Source of the DNA: Oscillospiraceae bacterium
Lineage (GTDB): Bacteria; Bacillota; Clostridia; Oscillospirales; Oscillospiraceae
Length of the DNA: 64,000 nt
Reading direction: 5' to 3'
Assembly (NCBI GenBank): GCA_902778275.1
Contig: CACYXE010000015.1
Location: 6,619 to 70,618 of the forward strand
Position numbers and translations under genes: made by a program. Position 1 is the stretch's first letter, and each line of letters starts with the position of its first letter. Under the pieces are notes generated by a model, which made no database searches, had not been told where the DNA came from, and saw only the letters and a program-made list of their open reading frames with translations. Shown one piece after another: positions 54,912-63,373 of the stretch.

Positions 54912-55185
54912 CAAAAGAAAAAACCCCTGTCTCTGCAATTGCAGGGACAAGAGCTCACACTCCTGCGGTACCACCCGGCTTGGCATTTTCATGCCCACTT
55001 CAACGCGCCATCACGCGTCGGCCTTATGCTAACGGATGGCCAACTCCGTCTCCCATACTGCGGCTCACGCCGGTTCTGTTCGCCCTCGCAAGTCCATTCC
55101 CCCGGAAATACAAGACCGCGATCACACCCTCCGCGGCTCTCTGGACCCGTATCGGTCCGGGATACTCCTCTTGCTCACTGGTTTG
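54912..55185 (-). promoter_or_regulatory. T-box riboswitch, tryptophan specifier (UGG)
   Basis: Minus strand shows AGAGAG bulge, Specifier Loop AGUA...GAA-UGG-A (codon at 55094..55096), T-box core GGGTGGTACCGC (54965..54976), and a terminator stem plus T6 (54918..54953). Confidence 0.85.
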
Positions 55186-55190
55186 AGGCT

Positions 55191-55219
55191 ACTATAGCAC
55201 CGCTTTTTGCCCTTGTCAA
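55191..55219 (-). promoter_or_regulatory. Promoter of the T-box/TrpB2 unit
   Basis: Minus strand: TTGACA, 17 nt, TATAGT. Confidence 0.65.
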
Positions 55220-55305
55220 GAAAAATATTTTAGCACATAAAATCGTTAAACATATTTACTTGATGGGTAAAAAGTGCTACACTGCACGCGAAAGGAGCGG
55301 TGCAT

Positions 55306-56082
55306 ATGAAACTGGCAATGGCACAAATGCGCATGTCCGCCTCGCTGCAGGAAAACCTGAACGAGGCGCTTCGATATATGGAACGGGCGGCGGCTGCCGG
55401 GGCGGATCTGGTCTTCTTCCCGGAGGTGCAGCTTTCCCCCTTCTTCCCGGCGGAGGAGAAGCAGGAGGTATCCCGATGGCTCGTGCGGCTGGACGGACCG
55501 GAGGTGCGGGCCTTCTGCGACAAATGCCGGGAGCTTGGCCTTTGGGCCTCGCCCAACGTATACCTGGAGGAAATGGGGGAGCGATATGACGCCTCTCTGC
55601 TGATCGACAATCAGGGACAGATCCGGGGCGTGAGCAAGATGGTGAACATTTTCCAGGCAAAATGCTTTTACGAGCGGGATTACTATACGCCGTCGGACAC
55701 CGGCTTCCGGGTCTACGACACACCCTTCGGGACGCTTGGCATCGTCATCTGCTTTGACCGGCACATCCCCGACAGTATCCGCAGCTGTGCCAGGCAGGGG
55801 GCGGAGCTGGTGATCATCCCCACAGCGAATCTGACCGACGAGCCCATGGAGCTGTTCGAGTGGGAGATCCGTGTCCAGGCTTTCCAGAATCTGAGCTACG
55901 TGGCCATGTGCAACCGTGTGGGCCCGGAAGGGGAACTGTGCTTTGCCGGTGAGTCTCTTGTGGCCGGACCGGACGGCAGCCTGCTGTTCAAGGCCGGCGG
56001 CGCGGCCGGGCTGTATCTGGCGGAGCTCCCATTGGAGACCGTGGCAGAGACCCGCAGGGGCCGGGACTGGCTGCAGTTTTAA
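55306..56082 (+). CDS. Carbon-nitrogen hydrolase (nitrilase superfamily) protein
   Basis: FFPEVQ (Glu) and VICFDRH (Cys) catalytic blocks. ATG 55306 is 8 nt after GGAG; GTG 55300 is also possible. Confidence 0.85.
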   Translation: MKLAMAQMRMSASLQENLNEALRYMERAAAAGADLVFFPEVQLSPFFPAEEKQEVSRWLVRLDGPEVRAFCDKCRELGLWASPNVYLEEMGERYDASLLIDNQGQIRGVSKMVNIFQAKCFYERDYYTPSDTGFRVYDTPFGTLGIVICFDRHIPDSIRSCARQGAELVIIPTANLTDEPMELFEWEIRVQAFQNLSYVAMCNRVGPEGELCFAGESLVAGPDGSLLFKAGGAAGLYLAELPLETVAETRRGRDWLQF

Positions 56083-56084
56083 CC

Positions 56085-57182
56085 ATGGCCGAAATGAGAG
56101 AAAAGCGGGCGCTGATCGCCATGAGCGGCGGCGTGGACAGCTCCGTGGCGGCCTGGCTGATGCAGCGGCAGGGCTTTGCCTGCGAGGGAGTGAACCTGCA
56201 GCTGTACCGGAATACGGATATCGGTCTTGCCTGTCACAAGAGCTGCTGTACCGCCGAAGACCAGGCGGACGCCGCGGATGCCGCTTTCCGGCTGGGGATG
56301 CCTTTTGAGGTGCTGGATTACCAGGGGCTGTTTCGGGAACTGGTGATGGAGGACTTCGTGCGCAGCTATGAGGCGGGCCGCACACCCAACCCCTGCATCC
56401 AGTGCAATCGCCATATGAAATTCGATTTTCTCCTGGACTATGCGCTGGACCAGGGCTTTGACTGCCTGGCGTCCGGCCACTACGCGCGAAACGAATGGAA
56501 TGAGGAAACCGGCCGCTGGGAACTGAAGAAAGCCTTGGACGAGAGCAAGGACCAGACCTATGTCCTGTACATGCTGACGCAGCGGCAATTGTCCCGTTTG
56601 CGCTTCCCCCTGGGGGAATATCGCAAGACGGAGATCCGCAGGATCGCCGCGGAGCTGGGGCTGGTGACCGCCGCCAAGCCCGACAGCCAGGACATCTGCT
56701 TCGTGCCGGATGGGGATTATACGGCTTTTCTGGAGCGCTATACGGGAAAGCAATACCTGGCCGGGGATTTCCTGGACCTGACGGGAAAGAAGCTGGGCCG
56801 GCACCGGGGCGCGGTGCGCTACACGGTGGGCCAGCGCCGGGGACTGGAGCTGCCCATGGGCAGCCGGGTCTATGTGGTCTCCAAGGATATGGAGAGCAAC
56901 ACCGTCACCGTCGGGCCGGAGAGCGCCCTGTACAGCGACAGCCTGATCGCCGCGAGGATGAACTGGGTCTCCATCCCGGAACTGACGGAGCCTTTGCGGG
57001 TGACGGCCAGGACCCGCTACCGCCAGGCGGAACAGGCGGCCAACGCTTATCCCATGAGCGGAGGAAGGCTGCGCCTGGTCTTCGATGAACCCCAGCGGGC
57101 GGTCACGCCCGGACAGGCGGTGGTCCTGTATGACGGCGAACGGGTCGTGGGCGGCGGCACCATCCAGCGCGCGGAAAAATGA
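56085..57182 (+). CDS. mnmA: tRNA 2-thiouridine(34) synthase
   Basis: IAMSGGVDSSVAA PP-loop, NPCIQCN, DQTYVL. Confidence 0.92.
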   Translation: MAEMREKRALIAMSGGVDSSVAAWLMQRQGFACEGVNLQLYRNTDIGLACHKSCCTAEDQADAADAAFRLGMPFEVLDYQGLFRELVMEDFVRSYEAGRTPNPCIQCNRHMKFDFLLDYALDQGFDCLASGHYARNEWNEETGRWELKKALDESKDQTYVLYMLTQRQLSRLRFPLGEYRKTEIRRIAAELGLVTAAKPDSQDICFVPDGDYTAFLERYTGKQYLAGDFLDLTGKKLGRHRGAVRYTVGQRRGLELPMGSRVYVVSKDMESNTVTVGPESALYSDSLIAARMNWVSIPELTEPLRVTARTRYRQAEQAANAYPMSGGRLRLVFDEPQRAVTPGQAVVLYDGERVVGGGTIQRAEK

Positions 57183-57190
57183 AAAAGCTG

Positions 57191-57219
57191 TTGACAAGGG
57201 CGGAGGGCAGTGCTATGAT
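57191..57219 (+). promoter_or_regulatory. Promoter of the Met-rich leader/metNIQ unit
   Basis: TTGACA, 17 nt, TATGAT, starting 9 nt after the mnmA stop. Confidence 0.65.
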
Positions 57220-57265
57220 AAGCGCCAAGATCCCAGTTGACCTCTGGGAATGAATGGAGAAACAC

Positions 57266-57376
57266 ATGAAGAAGCAGACCAGCATGATGATGAGCATGTG
57301 CATGGACATGGCTATGATGCCGATGTTCATGATGCGTCGCGCGCAAAATTGCTGTGGCTGCCAGACATGCTTGTGA
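57266..57376 (+). CDS. 36-codon Met/Cys-rich small ORF (candidate leader peptide); not in the ORF track
   Basis: GGAG 6 nt upstream of the ATG. Product MKKQTSMMMSMCMDMAMMPMFMMRRAQNCCGCQTCL (12 Met, 5 Cys), stop TGA. Confidence 0.55.
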   Translation: MKKQTSMMMSMCMDMAMMPMFMMRRAQNCCGCQTCL

Positions 57377-57412
57377 TTTTCTTCATGATCGTTTGATCGT
57401 GCATGTGAATCC

Positions 57413-57445
57413 AAAGGCCGGGAGCCGCGGGCTCCCGGCCTTTTT
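57413..57445 (+). terminator. Intrinsic terminator/attenuator immediately upstream of metN
   Basis: 11-bp stem GGCCGGGAGCC / GGCTCCCGGCC, loop GCG, then TTTTT. Ends 27 nt before the metN GTG. Confidence 0.8.
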
Positions 57446-57472
57446 ACTTTTGTCATGACGGGAGGAAAACAA

Positions 57473-58519
57473 GTGATAGACCTTAGTCACATCAGCAAGG
57501 ATTTTGGAGATGGGGAAGCCCAGGTGCATGCCGTCAGGGATGTGTCCCTGAAGATCGCTGACGGCGACATCTTCGGCGTCATAGGCTTTTCCGGAGCGGG
57601 GAAGTCCACTCTTGTCCGCTGCATCAATCTGTTGGAGCGGCCCACGGCCGGCAGGGTGGTCGTGGATGGGCAGGAGATGACGCAGCTGTCGAGCGCCCAG
57701 CTTCGTCAGGCCAGAAAGAAGATCGGCATGATCTTCCAGCACTTCAACCTGATGCCCTCCCGCACGGTGGCCGACAATGTGGCCTATCCGCTGCGCCGCA
57801 GCGGCCTGAACAAGCAGGCAAGGCTGGCGCGTGTCCGGGAGCTTCTGGAGCTGGTGGGCATCGCCGACAAGGAGAACGCCTATCCCAGTCAGCTTTCCGG
57901 CGGGCAGAAGCAGCGTGTGGCCATTGCCCGCGCCCTGGCGAACGAGCCCAAGGTGCTTCTCTGCGATGAGGCCACCTCGGCCCTGGACCCCCAGACCACC
58001 AAGGCCATCCTCCACCTGCTGCGTGAAGTGAACGAGAAGCTGGGCATCACCATCGTCTTGATCACCCACGAAATGGCTGTGGTTAAGGAGATCTGCAACC
58101 GGGTCGCCGTCATGGAGCGGGGCCAGATCGTAGAGGAAGGGGACGTGTTCGGTATCTTCGCCGATCCCAAGCAGGATGTGACCCGCAACTTTATCAACTC
58201 TACCTCCAATCTGCATAAGATCGACGAACTGATCGACCTGAACGCCCACATCGCCCAGCTGAAGCCCGGCGAGCTGATCGTCCGGCTCAGTTACGCCACC
58301 CGCAACGTATCCGAGGCGCTGATTTCCCATGTGTCCAGAGAGTTCAATGTGGATGTGAACATCATCTTTGCCAACATTGAGATCCTGCAGGATTCCACCC
58401 TGGGCGGCACGGTGGCCATCTTCAGCGGCGAGCGGGAGAACATCACCAAAGCCATCGCCTTTATGATCGAGAAAAACGTAGGAGTGGAGGTGCTGAAAGA
58501 TGCAAGAGTTTCTGCTTAA
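57473..58519 (+). CDS. metN: Methionine ABC transporter ATP-binding protein (with C-terminal NIL domain)
   Basis: GTG 57473 with GGGAGG SD. Walker [30 protein letters not shown]-terminal NIL-like domain. Confidence 0.9.
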   Translation: MIDLSHISKDFGDGEAQVHAVRDVSLKIADGDIFGVIGFSGAGKSTLVRCINLLERPTAGRVVVDGQEMTQLSSAQLRQARKKIGMIFQHFNLMPSRTVADNVAYPLRRSGLNKQARLARVRELLELVGIADKENAYPSQLSGGQKQRVAIARALANEPKVLLCDEATSALDPQTTKAILHLLREVNEKLGITIVLITHEMAVVKEICNRVAVMERGQIVEEGDVFGIFADPKQDVTRNFINSTSNLHKIDELIDLNAHIAQLKPGELIVRLSYATRNVSEALISHVSREFNVDVNIIFANIEILQDSTLGGTVAIFSGERENITKAIAFMIEKNVGVEVLKDARVSA

Positions 58520-59180
58520 TATCATCCCCAACGTGGTGAAGGACGCCAACATCCTGGGCAGAAGCGTGATCGAGACCCTGCAGATGACCGTCCGCGCCGG
58601 CCTCATCTCCTTCGTGCTGGGCATGATCTTCGGTACCGCCCTGGTGGTCACCAGGCCCGGCGGCATCATGCAGAACAAAGTGATCTATCAGATCCTGGAC
58701 AAGGTGATCAACGTCCTGCGTTCCGTCCCCTTCATCATCCTGCTGTTCTGCCTGCTGCCTCTGACCCGGCTGATTTCCGGCACGGCTATCGGCGTCAAAG
58801 GCGCCATCGTCCCACTGGTCTTCGGCACCACGCCTTTCTTCTCCCGGCAGATCGAGGCGGCCCTCAGCGGCGTGGACGCCGGACTCATCGAAGCGGCCCA
58901 GTCCATGGGCAACAACAACTGGGAGATCATCTTCAGCGTGTACTGGAAGGAGAGCGTCGCGGCCATAGCCCGGGGTACTTCCATCACCCTTATCAATCTG
59001 GTGGGCCTCACCGCCATGGCGGGCGCCGTAGGCGCCGGCGGTCTGGGGAACTTCGCCTATATCTATGGTCAGCAGCGCAACCACATGGACGACATCTATG
59101 TGACGGTGGTGATCCTGGTGCTGCTGGTCATGCTGATCCAACTGATCGGAAACATCGTTGTTAAGCGGAATACGCATTAA
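58500..59180 (+). CDS. metI: Methionine ABC transporter permease
   Basis: Overlaps the metN end. 226-aa polytopic protein with EAAQSMG loop. Confidence 0.9.
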   Translation: MQEFLLNIIPNVVKDANILGRSVIETLQMTVRAGLISFVLGMIFGTALVVTRPGGIMQNKVIYQILDKVINVLRSVPFIILLFCLLPLTRLISGTAIGVKGAIVPLVFGTTPFFSRQIEAALSGVDAGLIEAAQSMGNNNWEIIFSVYWKESVAAIARGTSITLINLVGLTAMAGAVGAGGLGNFAYIYGQQRNHMDDIYVTVVILVLLVMLIQLIGNIVVKRNTH

Positions 59181-59255
59181 CATACACAAAACTGTCCGGC
59201 CGGAGCCTCCTTCCAAGGCTGCCGGGGACAAAAAACATTTTAGGAGGAAGAAAAA

Positions 59256-60119
59256 ATGAAAAAGATCCTTGCAATCGTATTGACACTGGTCATCGCCCTG
59301 TCCTTTGCCGCCTGCGGCTCCGGCAGCACCCAGCCTGCCGCCACGGCCGCTCCCGCAGCCGAGTCTTCGGAAGAGACCGCCGCGGAACCCGTCACCGTCC
59401 GGATCGGTCTGACCGGCGCTGTGTATGAGCCCATCTGGGACGTGGTGAAAGAGAAGCTGGCTCCCGAGGGCATCAATCTGGAGTATGTTCAGTTCAACAA
59501 CTTCTCTCTGCCCAACAATGCCCTGAACAACGGGGAGATCGAGATCAACGCTTTCCAGCACCACGCCTTTTTCAATAACGACACCAGCAGCAACGGCTAT
59601 GATCTCACCGCCATCGGCGACACTTACATCGTGGCCATGGGTATCTTTTCCGATAAGCTCACTGACCTGTCCGAACTGAAGGACGGCGACCTGGTGGGCG
59701 TGCCCAATGACGTGACCAACGAGGGCCGCGCTTTGAAGCTCCTGGAGTCCGCGGGTATCATCGTCATAGACCCTGAGGCCGGCAACTCTCCCACCATCAA
59801 CGACATCACCGAGTACAAGGTGCAGGTGAAGTTCCAGGAAGTGGACGCAAACCTGGTACCCTCCATCCTGCCTGACGTGGCCGTGGCCGTGGTCAACGGC
59901 AACTACGCCGCCGACGCCGGTCTGAAAGCCGCCGACGCTCTGTACATGGAGAACGAGTACTCCGACAACAGCTACTACTGCCTGATCGCTGTCCGCAGCG
60001 AGGACGCGGACAATCCCATCTATCAGCGCATCGTGGAAGCCTATCAGTGCGACGAGGTCATCGACGTATACAACAGCCAGTTCGCCGGCCTGTTCACTCC
60101 CACCTGGAAGCTGGGCTGA
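59256..60119 (+). CDS. metQ: MetQ/NlpA family methionine-binding lipoprotein
   Basis: Lipobox SFAACGS. INAFQH and VNGNYA blocks. AGGAGGAAG SD. Confidence 0.9.
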   Translation: MKKILAIVLTLVIALSFAACGSGSTQPAATAAPAAESSEETAAEPVTVRIGLTGAVYEPIWDVVKEKLAPEGINLEYVQFNNFSLPNNALNNGEIEINAFQHHAFFNNDTSSNGYDLTAIGDTYIVAMGIFSDKLTDLSELKDGDLVGVPNDVTNEGRALKLLESAGIIVIDPEAGNSPTINDITEYKVQVKFQEVDANLVPSILPDVAVAVVNGNYAADAGLKAADALYMENEYSDNSYYCLIAVRSEDADNPIYQRIVEAYQCDEVIDVYNSQFAGLFTPTWKLG

Positions 60120-60131
60120 TTTCCCAAAAAG

Positions 60132-60165
60132 AAAAACCGTGCAGTTTTTTGCTGCACGGTTTTTT
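60132..60165. terminator. Bidirectional terminator after metQ
   Basis: CCGTGCAG / CTGCACGG core stem flanked by an A-run and a T-run. Confidence 0.75.
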
Positions 60166-60179
60166 CTTTCCTGCGTATG

Positions 60180-60611
60180 CTATATGATGTAGTCGTATTC
60201 CACATTGTCCCTGGCCATCAGGTCCTCCAGGGTGAACTTGTCCAGATACTCTGCGATGACCCGGTCCAGCCCCTGCCAGAGGGGGAGGGTGCGGCAGCCG
60301 GCCATGCGCTTGCAGGGAGGACTGTCCTTATCCAGACAGGCCACCGGGGCCAGCGTGCCCTCCATCAGCCGGAGAATATCGCCCACCACGAACTGGTCGG
60401 GCGCCTTACTCAGCCGGTAACCGCCGCCCTTGCCGCGCAAGCCGGTCAGCATGCCTTCCTTGACCAGGGCCTTGACGATGCTCTCCAGATATTTTTCCGA
60501 GATCTCCTGGCGCTCGGCGACCTCCTTCAGCGGGACGTAGCCGGCGGACTGATGCTCCGCCATGTCCACCAAAACACGCAGGGCATAACGGCCCCTTGTA
60601 GATATCATCAT
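60180..60611 (-). CDS. Rrf2 family transcriptional regulator (CymR/IscR-like)
   Basis: Start at MMISTRGRYALR (ATG 60611). wHTH. Three Cys (C-x7-C-x5-C) that could bind an Fe-S cluster. Confidence 0.87.
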   Translation of the reverse strand: MMISTRGRYALRVLVDMAEHQSAGYVPLKEVAERQEISEKYLESIVKALVKEGMLTGLRGKGGGYRLSKAPDQFVVGDILRLMEGTLAPVACLDKDSPPCKRMAGCRTLPLWQGLDRVIAEYLDKFTLEDLMARDNVEYDYII

Positions 60612-60685
60612 AGGTCTCAACCTCGCTTATCCTGTATAAGCCTATTATACCGTGCGGTTTGTAGGATTTCAACGAAAATATTTTT

Positions 60686-60723
60686 GAATTCCTATTGACA
60701 AACTTGGGAATATACGTTATAAT
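60686..60723 (+). promoter_or_regulatory. Consensus cysK promoter overlapped by an ATTCC-N14-GGAAT inverted repeat
   Basis: TTGACA (60695), 17 nt, TATAAT (60718). ATTCC at 60688..60692 and GGAAT at 60707..60711. The minus strand reads ATAGGAATTC. Confidence 0.65.
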
Positions 60724-60857
60724 CCCCACAAACATATGCGAAAGGTGGGTTTTTAATCGTGCCCCTGCAAACTAAGCGATGTTGACCGTGTAAATGTTTT
60801 CAAACCGTATTTCGTTCGACCATCATTTTCAATTATATTTTTTGGAGGAAATATAAA

Positions 60858-61790
60858 ATGGCTAACATTTACACTTCTGCGGATCAACTGATCGGAAAAA
60901 CTCCTCTGCTGGAGCTTGTACATATCGAAAAGGAAGAGGGCCTGGAGGCCACCGTTCTGGCGAAGCTGGAGTACTTCAATCCCGCCGGTTCTGTGAAAGA
61001 CCGTATCGCCAAGGCCATGATCGACGACGCCGAGGCCAAGGGCCTGCTGAAGCCCAATTCTGTGATCATCGAGCCCACCTCCGGCAACACCGGCATCGGT
61101 CTCGCTTCCGTGGCCGCCGCCCGGGGCTACCGCATCATCATCGTAATGCCCGAGACCATGAGCGTGGAGCGCCGCCAGCTGATGAAGGCCTACGGCGCTG
61201 AGCTGGTGCTCACCGAGGGCGCCAAGGGAATGAAGGGCGCCATCGCCAAGGCGGATGAGCTGGCCGCCTCCATCCCTGACAGCTTTATCCCCGGCCAGTT
61301 TGTAAACCCTGCCAACCCCGCCGTCCATAAGGCTACCACCGGCCCCGAGATCTGGGACGACACCGACGGCAAGGTGGATTTCTTCGTAGCCGGCGTCGGC
61401 ACCGGCGGTACCATCACCGGCGTGGGTGAGTATCTCAAGAGCCGAAATCCCGACCTCAAGGTCGTGGCGGTGGAGCCTGCCGGGTCTCCCGTCCTGAGCA
61501 AGGGTACTCCCGGCGCCCACAAGATCCAGGGCATCGGCGCGGGCTTTGTCCCCGACGTGCTGGACACCAAAATCTACGATGAGATCATAGCGGTGGAGAA
61601 TGACGACGCCTTTGCCGCCGGCAGGAAGGTGGGCAAGGCGGAAGGCGTGCTGGTGGGTATCTCCTCCGGTGCAGCCGTATGGGCGGCCATCCAGCTGGCC
61701 AAGCGGCCGGAAAACAAGGGCAAGACCATTGTGGCCCTGCTGCCGGATACCGGCGACCGTTACCTCTCCACACCGCTCTTTGCCGAGTAA
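60858..61790 (+). CDS. cysK: Cysteine synthase A (O-acetylserine sulfhydrylase)
   Basis: [12 protein letters not shown]-lysine, TSGNTG, GTGGT; 310 aa. Confidence 0.92.
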   Translation: MANIYTSADQLIGKTPLLELVHIEKEEGLEATVLAKLEYFNPAGSVKDRIAKAMIDDAEAKGLLKPNSVIIEPTSGNTGIGLASVAAARGYRIIIVMPETMSVERRQLMKAYGAELVLTEGAKGMKGAIAKADELAASIPDSFIPGQFVNPANPAVHKATTGPEIWDDTDGKVDFFVAGVGTGGTITGVGEYLKSRNPDLKVVAVEPAGSPVLSKGTPGAHKIQGIGAGFVPDVLDTKIYDEIIAVENDDAFAAGRKVGKAEGVLVGISSGAAVWAAIQLAKRPENKGKTIVALLPDTGDRYLSTPLFAE

Positions 61791-61850
61791 GAAACGTCAA
61801 GCATTTATACCTCCACCTTTATTCCGTTTTGCCTCTTTGATTCCTTGCGG

Positions 61851-61881
61851 AAAAGCGCCGGACCCGGGTCCGGCGCTTTTT
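61851..61881 (+). terminator. Intrinsic terminator after cysK
   Basis: GCGCCGGACCC / GGGTCCGGCGC palindrome followed by TTTTT. Confidence 0.78.
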
Positions 61882-61904
61882 CCACGTCAAATGAAAAATA
61901 ATGG

Positions 61905-61948
61905 TAGACAAACACGCGCGTTAGTGGTATAACTGTATACACATATAC
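61905..61948 (+). promoter_or_regulatory. Possible promoter plus GTATA-N4-TATAC palindrome upstream of the HMGL-like gene
   Basis: TAGACA, 17 nt, TATAAC with TGG extended -10. Palindrome at 61935..61948. Confidence 0.35.
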
Positions 61949-61981
61949 AAGAACGCATTATGCGCCAAAGGAGAGAGCACC

Positions 61982-63361
61982 ATGCTTGAACTGTCTGCCA
62001 AAACCAATCTGCTGGAGGAGAACGATTACCGCTACTCGCTCCAGGATGTGAAGGAGCCAATCCTGTACCGGGACGTGTATAATTATGACGAGGTCCCCAA
62101 GGTGGCTTTCAACCATCGCCGCGTGCCCATGTCCATGCCTGAGGATATCTGGATCACGGATACTTCCTTCCGGGACGGGCAGCAGTCCATGAATCCCTAC
62201 ACGCCGGACCAGATCGTTGATCTGTTCAAGCTTCTGAGCAAGCTGGGCGGGCCCTATGGCCTGATCCGGCAGACGGAGTTTTTCATCTACAGCAAGCGGG
62301 ATCGGGAAGCCATCGAGCGCTGCATGGACCTGGGGCTGAAATTCCCGGAGATCACCACCTGGATCCGGGCCAGCCGGGAGGACTTCCGGGCGGTGAAGGA
62401 GCTGGGTATCCGGGAGACCGGCATCCTGGTCTCCTGCAGCGACTACCACATCTTCAAGAAGCTGAAGATGAGCCGCAGCCAGGCCATGGAGCATTACCTG
62501 GCTACCGTCAAGGACGCCTTTGAGGCCGGCGTCATGCCCCGCTGCCACCTGGAGGATATCACCCGGGCGGACTTTTATGGCTTTGTGGTGCCCTTCGTCA
62601 ACGAGCTGATGAAGCTCTCGGACGAGGCGGGCATCCCCGTACGCATCCGGGCCTGCGACACCATGGGCTACGGGGTACCCTATACGGAGGTGGCTTTGCC
62701 CCGCAGCGTTCCCGGTATCATCTACGGTCTGCAGCAGTATTCCGGCGTGGCCAGCGAATACCTGGAGTGGCATGGGCACAATGATTTTTACAAGGCCGTG
62801 GCCAATGCCTCCACCGCCTGGCTGTACGGAGCCAGCGGCGTCAACTGCTCCATGCTGGGCATCGGTGAGCGCACAGGCAATGTGCCGCTGGAGGCCATGG
62901 TCTTCGAGTACGCTTCCCTGCGCGGCTCTCTGGACGGCATGGATCCCACGGTCATCACCGAGATCGGAGAGTATTTCAAGAACGAGATCGGCTATACCAT
63001 CCCGCCCATGACCCCCTTCGTGGGCCGCAACTTCAATGTGACCCGGGCCGGCATCCACGCCGACGGGCTGCTGAAGGACGAGGAGATCTACAATATCTTC
63101 AACACCGAGAAGCTGCTGGACCGCCCGGCCATGGTGGCCGTCAGCAAGACCTCGGGCCTCGCGGGCATTGCCTACTGGATCAACCAGAACTACCGGCTGA
63201 AGGGCGACCGGCAACTGGATAAGCAGACGCCGCTGGTGGTGGCCATGAAGGAATGGGTAGACAAGGAGTACGCGGATGGCCGTACCACCGCCCTGGGCAC
63301 AGAGGAGCTGGAAGCCAAGATCGCGGAGTTGTCCGGCGGCGTGCTCGGGCGGATGCGCTAA
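61982..63361 (+). CDS. HMGL-like (isopropylmalate/homocitrate synthase family) acyl-CoA:oxo-acid condensing enzyme, probably Re-citrate-synthase-like
   Basis: ITDTSFRDGQQS, HLEDITRAD and WHGHNDF metal/active-site blocks. 459 aa with no LeuA regulatory domain. Confidence 0.75.
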   Translation: MLELSAKTNLLEENDYRYSLQDVKEPILYRDVYNYDEVPKVAFNHRRVPMSMPEDIWITDTSFRDGQQSMNPYTPDQIVDLFKLLSKLGGPYGLIRQTEFFIYSKRDREAIERCMDLGLKFPEITTWIRASREDFRAVKELGIRETGILVSCSDYHIFKKLKMSRSQAMEHYLATVKDAFEAGVMPRCHLEDITRADFYGFVVPFVNELMKLSDEAGIPVRIRACDTMGYGVPYTEVALPRSVPGIIYGLQQYSGVASEYLEWHGHNDFYKAVANASTAWLYGASGVNCSMLGIGERTGNVPLEAMVFEYASLRGSLDGMDPTVITEIGEYFKNEIGYTIPPMTPFVGRNFNVTRAGIHADGLLKDEEIYNIFNTEKLLDRPAMVAVSKTSGLAGIAYWINQNYRLKGDRQLDKQTPLVVAMKEWVDKEYADGRTTALGTEELEAKIAELSGGVLGRMR

Positions 63362-63373
63362 GGAGGGAACATC

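Noticed and set aside
57047-57456. His-rich minus-strand ORFs (for example MRATHHEHRHHSHVHAHAHHH) that look like metal-binding peptides.
   Set aside because: The His codons (CAT) are simply the reverse complement of the ATG-rich plus-strand small ORF. There is no SD, and the plus strand has the promoter, SD and terminator logic.
57183-57472. A SAM (S-box) or Met T-box riboswitch upstream of metN.
   Set aside because: I looked for the T-box core (GGTGGTACCGCG-like) and for S-box conserved segments and found neither. Only the small ORF and the terminator are present. A covariance-model scan is still needed to be sure.
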